Origin: Candidatus Bathyarchaeia archaeon
Lineage (GTDB): Archaea; Thermoproteota; Bathyarchaeia; Bathyarchaeales; Bathycorpusculaceae
DNA length: 64,000 nucleotides
Direction of reading: 5' to 3'
Assembly: GCA_049512935.1 (NCBI GenBank)
Contig: JBEKWR010000009.1
Coordinates: 1-64,000 of the forward strand
Shown in pieces: positions 58,233 to 64,000 of this stretch. The translations under genes were made by a program, and so were the position numbers. Below the pieces are notes generated by a model that was given only the letters and a program-made list of their open reading frames with translations, was not told the DNA's origin and searched no databases. Each line of letters begins with the position of its first letter. Positions within the stretch are counted from its first letter, which is position 1.

Positions 58233-60794
58233 TTATTTTGCCCTTTCTGCAGATGATAAGCCTTTAGCTCTCTTCATTTTTAGGGCTGGAAGATTTTTTA
58301 AATTTTTGAGAAAAGATTGTTTAACATGAGAAAATGTAGACGAATCAACGTGAGGTTGTTGTCTTTCAGATATAACTTCCGCGTGACCCATTAATCTGAA
58401 GAAGTGAATCTTCAGCTGGTCGGTTATCAGGAAACTGAGCAATGCATAACCCCAGACGAAGGCGGCGAATCCCCACCCAATCGGATTCATAAATACACCG
58501 AAGACAGCAAACAACGTGCCAACAACTTGAGTCCCCTCTGTGGCTACAAAGAGAATACTGGCTGGAAGGGGGCGTTTCCAGAAGTGTCGCACTCCAGTTC
58601 TCGCCAAATAAATCGTGAGGTGCCCCGCAACAGCCATTTTAAGGAAAATCAGCGTCTGCAGCGTACTAACGCTTAAGTGGAACACATCTAAGCCAATTAA
58701 TAAGAGCAAAAAGCTTGAAACGACACCTGTCGTACCAAGCAGAGAAGCCACCATCAATACGCCACGCATGTTCCAGCGAACCGGTTTCTCTTGCACCCGT
58801 ACATTATCGTATGCAATGGTCATGATGGGTATGTCATTAAGCAATGCAAGAATGACTATCATAACAGCCGTCACCGGATAGAAATTGAAGACAAGAATTG
58901 CAAGACTAATGAAAATTAACACCCGGGAAGTCTCGGCGATGCGGTAGACGGCGTAATTGGTCATGCGTTCGAAAATCTTGCGGCTCTCTTTTATCGCGTC
59001 GATGATGACGGAAAGCCCTGGCTTCGTTAGCACCACATCCGCTGCGGATTTAGCTGCGTCAGTTGCTCCGTCAACGGCAACCCCTGCATCCGCTTTCTTT
59101 AATGCAGGAGCATCGTTAACTCCATCGCCTGTCATGCCGACAATGTGCCCTTTTCCCTGAAGTAACTCAACAATACGATATTTGTGCTCAGGAAAAACTT
59201 GAGCAAAACCATCCGCATTTTCAATGATGTCTTTTGCTTCGCTGTCTGGTTTGTCTATGAAATCGGAAGCAGGTATTATGTTTGTGCCCAGATTAACTTC
59301 TTGAGCAACCTGCTTGGCTATTGCAATGTGGTCGCCAGTGACCATCTTGACGTTTATGCCCATCTGCTGGGCTGTTTTTATTGTCTGGGCCGAGTCTTCG
59401 CGGGGTGGGTCGTAAATTGCTAGCAGTCCAACAAATTGCCAGTTGCCCTTTTCGTCTCCCTTAATCACGCCTAACGCTCGATGACCCTTGATTGCGAAAG
59501 TGTTTACAATTTCGTTAACTCTATCTTCGATTTCTGTCTTGTTAGAAACAAGAGACAAAACAACTTGCGGCGCACCCTTGGCCACTTTGAAGCGCCCACC
59601 ATCACGGCTCTCCACGGTAGCTTCCGTTCTCTTCAAAATAGGGTCAAAGGGCTTAAAATCAACCACGCTGTATCGACCAAGAACGTCAGCAACCGCTTTT
59701 ACCGACTTGGCTTTGGTTATGACAGCATCATCAATGGGATCACGATTTTCTTCCCTAGAAGCCAATGTTCCATACAGGAGAGCGTCGTCGATTTCGAATT
59801 TGCCCAAGACTTGCACTTCTGCAATAGCGAGTTCATTCTTCGTTATCGTGCCTGTCTTGTCTGAGCATAACACATCAACTCCCGCCATTTCTTCAATTGA
59901 AACCAGCTTGCTTACGATTGCTTCCTTTTTGGCAAGGGCGATTGCCCCAACAGCCATTGTGACTGTTAAGACTGCTGGCAAAGCTACAGGTATCGAAGCT
60001 ACAACCAACACGAGTGCATACTGCATGATAATTAATGGGTTGACATGCCGAAGGAGCGATGCGATGACAACTGCGGAAACCATTATTGTCGCGAGGATGA
60101 TCAGGTAGTTTCCTATTCTTATGATGGCTTTTTGGAAGTGGCTTACGGTTCTGGCTTCTGCCACGAGTTTGGCGGTTTTGCCAAAGAAGCTGCTTGTTCC
60201 TGTTGCCACGACATAAGCATCCATTTCCCCTTGCCTAATGATAGCGCCTGCATAAGCTACGTCAGAAACGTGTTTCTCTACCGGTAGGGATTCCCCAGTT
60301 AACGCGGATTCGTCCGCGAGCAAATAGTCGCCTTTCATAAGTTTAACATCAGCGGGGACAATGTCTCCCAAGCGGATCCGTACGATGTCGCCTGGGACAA
60401 GTTCCTTTGAAGGTATCTCACGCCATGCCCCGTCTCTTAGAACTCGGGCTTTGGGGGCAAGCCGCTTTTTCAATAATTCTATGGCGTTGTCGGCTTTCCG
60501 TTCTTGCAAAAATCCCACTACGGCGTTCACAATTAGTAACGTGAAAATAATCGCAAAATCGTCATAGTGCTGTATAATTATAGACAGTACTGAGGCAATT
60601 TCTATCATCCAAGGGATGGGACCCCAGAAATAGCCCACAAACTTGCGAAAAGGGCTAACTTTCTTTTCAGGAATTTCGTTAGGACCATACTCTTGAAGCT
60701 TTTTCGCTACTTCTTCAGAAGAAAGCCCAGACTTGACATAGATTGAAAATGGCGCTTCTTCTCCAGTTGGTTTTTTGGATTCTTCAGATTCCAG
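58233..60794 (-). CDS. Plasma-membrane proton-efflux P-type (IIIA) ATPase
   Basis: TGES, IPVALP, CSDKTGT, KGAPQ, DPPR, TGDGVND. The frame stays open upstream of the track start 60638 through GLSSEEV..KLQEYGPNEI to CTG 60794. Confidence 0.93.
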   Translation of the reverse strand: MESEESKKPTGEEAPFSIYVKSGLSSEEVAKKLQEYGPNEIPEKKVSPFRKFVGYFWGPIPWMIEIASVLSIIIQHYDDFAIIFTLLIVNAVVGFLQERKADNAIELLKKRLAPKARVLRDGAWREIPSKELVPGDIVRIRLGDIVPADVKLMKGDYLLADESALTGESLPVEKHVSDVAYAGAIIRQGEMDAYVVATGTSSFFGKTAKLVAEARTVSHFQKAIIRIGNYLIILATIMVSAVVIASLLRHVNPLIIMQYALVLVVASIPVALPAVLTVTMAVGAIALAKKEAIVSKLVSIEEMAGVDVLCSDKTGTITKNELAIAEVQVLGKFEIDDALLYGTLASREENRDPIDDAVITKAKSVKAVADVLGRYSVVDFKPFDPILKRTEATVESRDGGRFKVAKGAPQVVLSLVSNKTEIEDRVNEIVNTFAIKGHRALGVIKGDEKGNWQFVGLLAIYDPPREDSAQTIKTAQQMGINVKMVTGDHIAIAKQVAQEVNLGTNIIPASDFIDKPDSEAKDIIENADGFAQVFPEHKYRIVELLQGKGHIVGMTGDGVNDAPALKKADAGVAVDGATDAAKSAADVVLTKPGLSVIIDAIKESRKIFERMTNYAVYRIAETSRVLIFISLAILVFNFYPVTAVMIVILALLNDIPIMTIAYDNVRVQEKPVRWNMRGVLMVASLLGTTGVVSSFLLLLIGLDVFHLSVSTLQTLIFLKMAVAGHLTIYLARTGVRHFWKRPLPASILFVATEGTQVVGTLFAVFGVFMNPIGWGFAAFVWGYALLSFLITDQLKIHFFRLMGHAEVISERQQPHVDSSTFSHVKQSFLKNLKNLPALKMKRAKGLSSAERAK

Positions 60795-61003
60795 TTACAA
60801 AACCTTCTATACTGCCTACCGAACAGGTATTTTTTAACCGAATAAGCAAGCATCAAGATATTTGTTTCTTTTTAATGTTTTTGAAATGATGCACAAGGAA
60901 ACATTATGTTTGAGAGTCCTTATCGGGAAATAAACATATTTGGCAAGGCGTAAGCCTAATTATTGGCGAACGCCATCTGCTAACAGCGAAGAGGCTGAAT
61001 TCT

Positions 61004-62776
61004 ATGTCTGTAAAAGATCCTGTTTGCGGAATACTGTTAGACCCTAAGAAAACCCCTTTTAAAACCCAGTTTCTGGGCAGCCAATATTATTTTGACAGCG
61101 AGTACTGCATGAACAGTTTTGTTGAAGGCGCCAAAATCGCCTACTTTTCCATGGAAATCGGCGTCAACAACGATATGTCAACTTACAGCGGAGGGCTTGG
61201 CGTCTTAGCTGGAGACGTCATAAGGTCAAGCGCAGACTTGAGAATCCCCTTAGTTGCGATCACGTTAGTCAGCGAAAAAGGCTACTTGAAGCAGAAACTA
61301 ACGCTTGACGGATGGCAACTTGAATACCCCGATGAGTGGGATCCTTCCAAATTCATGAAGCTTCTGCCGCAGACAGTTTCAGTCAAGATTTCTGGGAAGA
61401 ACGTGAAGATAGGCGCCTGGGTTTATGAGCAGCAGAGTTTGACGGGCGGAACAATCCCTGTGTTTTTCCTCACAACCGATTTTGAGGACAACAGCCAAGA
61501 GGACAGGCAAATCACCGATTATCTTTACGGCGGGGACGACCAGTACAGGCTAAAGCAGGAAATTGTCTTGGGCATAGGGGGAGTTCGGATTCTTGACGCC
61601 TTGGGAATCAACGTTAAGAAGTACCACATGAACGAGGGGCACTCTAGCCTCCTAACTCTTGAACTTCTGAAAAACAACCAGCTAAACGCTGACAAAGTGA
61701 AAAACCTATGTGTTTTCACAACCCACACACCCGTAGCAGCAGCTTTCGACCAGTTTTCCTATGACCTTCTCTCGGAAGTGTTGGAAACCGAAGTTTCTCC
61801 GGAAATCCTTCAGAAGTACGGCGGAGAAGACAAGCTGAACATGACCCTCTTAGCCTTGAACCTGAGCAAGTATACTAACGGCGTCACAGAGGCGCACATG
61901 GAGTATTCAAATAAGCTTTTCCCAGGGTACCACATTCAAGAAATAACCAACGGAGTCCACTCTTACACTTGGACCTGCACGCACTTTAGAAGGTTGTTCG
62001 ACAAGCACATTCCCAGGTGGGCTAACGAGCCTGAACTTCTCGTGAGAGTCGACACCATACCCGAAGAGGAGCTCTGGGAGGCTCACACTAACGCAAAGAA
62101 AGACTTGCTCGACTTTGTGTACAACAGTGCAGGGCTCCAGATGGACCCCGACGTTTTAACGATAGGTTATGCCAGGAGAGCAACCGCGTACAAACGAGCC
62201 ACAATGATCTTCACGGACATAGAAAAACTCAAGGAAGTCAAGAGCGAGGGAAGAATTCAATTAATTTTCGCTGGAAAAGCACATCCAAAGGATGAAGAGG
62301 GGAAAAAACTGATAAAAGAAATTTACGAGTTCACCGACCGATTGAAAGGCGAGGTAGACATCGTCTATCTTGAAAACTACAACATGGAGATGGCGGGAAA
62401 ACTGACTTCAGGCGTTGATGTTTGGCTCAACACGCCTCTGCCACCCTACGAGGCTTCTGGAACAAGCGGGATGAAGGCGGCGCACAACGGCGTAATCAAC
62501 TTTAGCGTTTTGGACGGATGGTGGATAGAGGGTTGCGTGGAGGGGCTAACTGGATGGGCGATAGGACCAACGCCGAATCAATGGCTTGACGAGCAAATGA
62601 CAAGAAAAAGGGAAATAGATGACCTCTACAACAAGCTGGAATACCTGATTATCCCGAAATTCTACCATGAGAGGGACTCTTGGACGCGCATGATGAGAAA
62701 CTCCATCGGAAAAATTGCTTACTACTTCAACACTCATCGGATGATGCGAAGTTACGCAACCGACGCGTACCTTTAA
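61004..62776 (+). CDS. glgP: Alpha-glucan phosphorylase with N-terminal YHS/TRASH domain
   Basis: KDPVCG...YYFDSEYC (YHS); YFSMEIG, YSGGLGVLAGD, HMNEGH, FTTHTP, RRATAYKR, EASGTSGMK. Confidence 0.93.
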   Translation: MSVKDPVCGILLDPKKTPFKTQFLGSQYYFDSEYCMNSFVEGAKIAYFSMEIGVNNDMSTYSGGLGVLAGDVIRSSADLRIPLVAITLVSEKGYLKQKLTLDGWQLEYPDEWDPSKFMKLLPQTVSVKISGKNVKIGAWVYEQQSLTGGTIPVFFLTTDFEDNSQEDRQITDYLYGGDDQYRLKQEIVLGIGGVRILDALGINVKKYHMNEGHSSLLTLELLKNNQLNADKVKNLCVFTTHTPVAAAFDQFSYDLLSEVLETEVSPEILQKYGGEDKLNMTLLALNLSKYTNGVTEAHMEYSNKLFPGYHIQEITNGVHSYTWTCTHFRRLFDKHIPRWANEPELLVRVDTIPEEELWEAHTNAKKDLLDFVYNSAGLQMDPDVLTIGYARRATAYKRATMIFTDIEKLKEVKSEGRIQLIFAGKAHPKDEEGKKLIKEIYEFTDRLKGEVDIVYLENYNMEMAGKLTSGVDVWLNTPLPPYEASGTSGMKAAHNGVINFSVLDGWWIEGCVEGLTGWAIGPTPNQWLDEQMTRKREIDDLYNKLEYLIIPKFYHERDSWTRMMRNSIGKIAYYFNTHRMMRSYATDAYL

Positions 62777-62817
62777 CTGGAAAATGCACATTGAATGTTT
62801 GGGATGACTCTAAGGTT

Positions 62818-62931
62818 ATGTCGGCTCCAAATTGTCCCTGCCCAAAAAAAGATTGCCCACGCCACAGCAACTGTCAAGAATGCGTAGACCACCACAAGGC
62901 AAAGAACGAACTGCCGTTTTGCGCAAGGTAA
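62818..62931 (+). CDS. Small Cys/His-rich protein (DUF6485-like)
   Basis: MSAPNCPCPKKDCPRHSNCQECVDHHKAKNELPFCAR. Confidence 0.72.
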   Translation: MSAPNCPCPKKDCPRHSNCQECVDHHKAKNELPFCAR

Positions 62932-62959
62932 GCTCCATTGATCAAGGAATCAGAAGAAA

Positions 62960-63450
62960 CCCGGAAAAAAGGCAAAAAATACAAGAGTCCTTCTGGAACC
63001 AAGTTGGTTCTGCCGAACACATCAACTTGCCGAAGCTGGAAGACGCGTTCAAAAATGTAATCCAGCACGTAAAGATGCAGAAGGAAATTCCGGAGAATGG
63101 GCTTGCGATATTTGCTGGAACCTTCGTCGCAAACGAATCGGAAAACGAAGTTTTACCGTCGAGGAGCTCACCCCACCAGAGCCAAGTACCACCTATCTCT
63201 ACGAGGTTGACGACCATTTCCATTTAGAGCTGCTAAGGGAAATGCTGAGAAACCAAAAAGTTGTGGGAATCATCGCCATGGATTCAAAATACGCTAGCTT
63301 CGGGAATACCCAACGGTGAACGCCTCGAATTACTCGAAAAAATCACGTCAGGGATTCCAGGAAAAACCGTAAAGGGCGGACAGAGCCAAAGAAGATACTA
63401 AAGAGGACGCGACATGGAAGTCACATACTTTTTCCACAGGATCGCGAGAA
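62960..63450 (+). pseudogene. Pseudogene of an aRF1 paralog
   Basis: PENGLAIFAG / frameshift / PPEPSTTYLYEVDDHFHLELLREML...ASFG / frameshift / ITSGIPGKTVKGGQSQRRY* (TAA 63399-63401) RGRDMEVTYFFHRI. Confidence 0.85.
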
Positions 63451-63610
63451 CTTTTCCGGGCATTTTATCTTGGGAGCATTTAGTTTGAAACAGCGACACT
63501 TTTGACGAACTAGAGCAACTCTTCCACGCTTGAGCAGTAAGTTAAAATATGCGATTGGCGGCAACGCATTAATAGTTTATTTGATTAATGTTTTTGGGTT
63601 CGGTGTTTGT

Positions 63611-63931
63611 ATGTCGTCAGAATTGAAGGTTATGTTGATTAAGGTCGCCGTAGAAGATAACGTGCGCAAAGAAATAGAATTTGAGGAAGGGATAAACCGT
63701 TATAAATCTCTTCTGCTCCGGGTGGCAAAAATTCAGCCCTTTGATGTACTGGTTTCGTCTGAAGGAACTGAACAGGGCACTTTGAACATAAGGGTGGTAG
63801 ATTTGGACGTGCTAGAAAGAGCCCACTTATTAAAAGGACAAACCAAAGAGACTGGTCGCAACGTGTACCGTCAATACGAACTCACAAAAGAAGGAGCTGA
63901 ATTAGTGGAAAAGCTCTCAAAAGAAACTTAA
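63611..63931 (+). CDS. Hypothetical protein with wHTH-like C-terminus
   Basis: DLDVLERAHLL.......RQYELTKEG.ELV pattern. Confidence 0.65.
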   Translation: MSSELKVMLIKVAVEDNVRKEIEFEEGINRYKSLLLRVAKIQPFDVLVSSEGTEQGTLNIRVVDLDVLERAHLLKGQTKETGRNVYRQYELTKEGAELVEKLSKET

Positions 63932-64000
63932 AATTCAGGGGCTAGCGCGCCGCGCCCTAATTGATTTTCTCTGCTGAATTAATCTTTAAATTTCTTTTTT

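Noticed and set aside
59481-60567. Long plus-strand ORFs opposite the ATPase (likewise 4159-4617, 9163-9912 and others)
   Set aside because: Antisense shadows of well-supported genes.
63399-63401. Programmed readthrough/frameshift autoregulation of the second aRF1
   Set aside because: Several independent lesions and missing termini fit decay better than recoding.

Overview
Archaeal chromosomal window, most consistent with Bathyarchaeia. This is inferred from the gene set: aRF1, Ftr, DUF39/NIL-ferredoxin/UPF0280 homocysteine genes, AOR, split archaeal glutamate synthase, Dph6, archaeal SHMT and an intron-containing tRNA. Most of the window is core metabolism and transport. The main accessory region is an AT-rich island (~20.8-29.5 kb) ending at a tRNA-Ala(UGC). 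It looks like two decayed split-integrase (SSV-type) elements stacked in tandem, with an intC remnant, an intN fragment, a duplicated tRNA 3' end and a second intN remnant. Its defence-like cargo is a HEPN-like protein, a nuclease-like protein, an S8 protease, ParA with a non-ParB partner, and an ABC-type ATPase. Other notable observations: Dph6 translationally coupled to a class-I glutaminase; two paralogous surface-anchored proteins with an unnamed enzyme-like domain; a strand-specific long RNA hairpin at ~45.6 kb; iteron-like repeats at ~20.4 kb; a tRNA-Glu with a D-loop intron; an H+-ATPase apparently starting at CTG; a YHS-glucan phosphorylase fusion; and an aRF1-paralog pseudogene. All calls come from reading the sequence; no searches were run.
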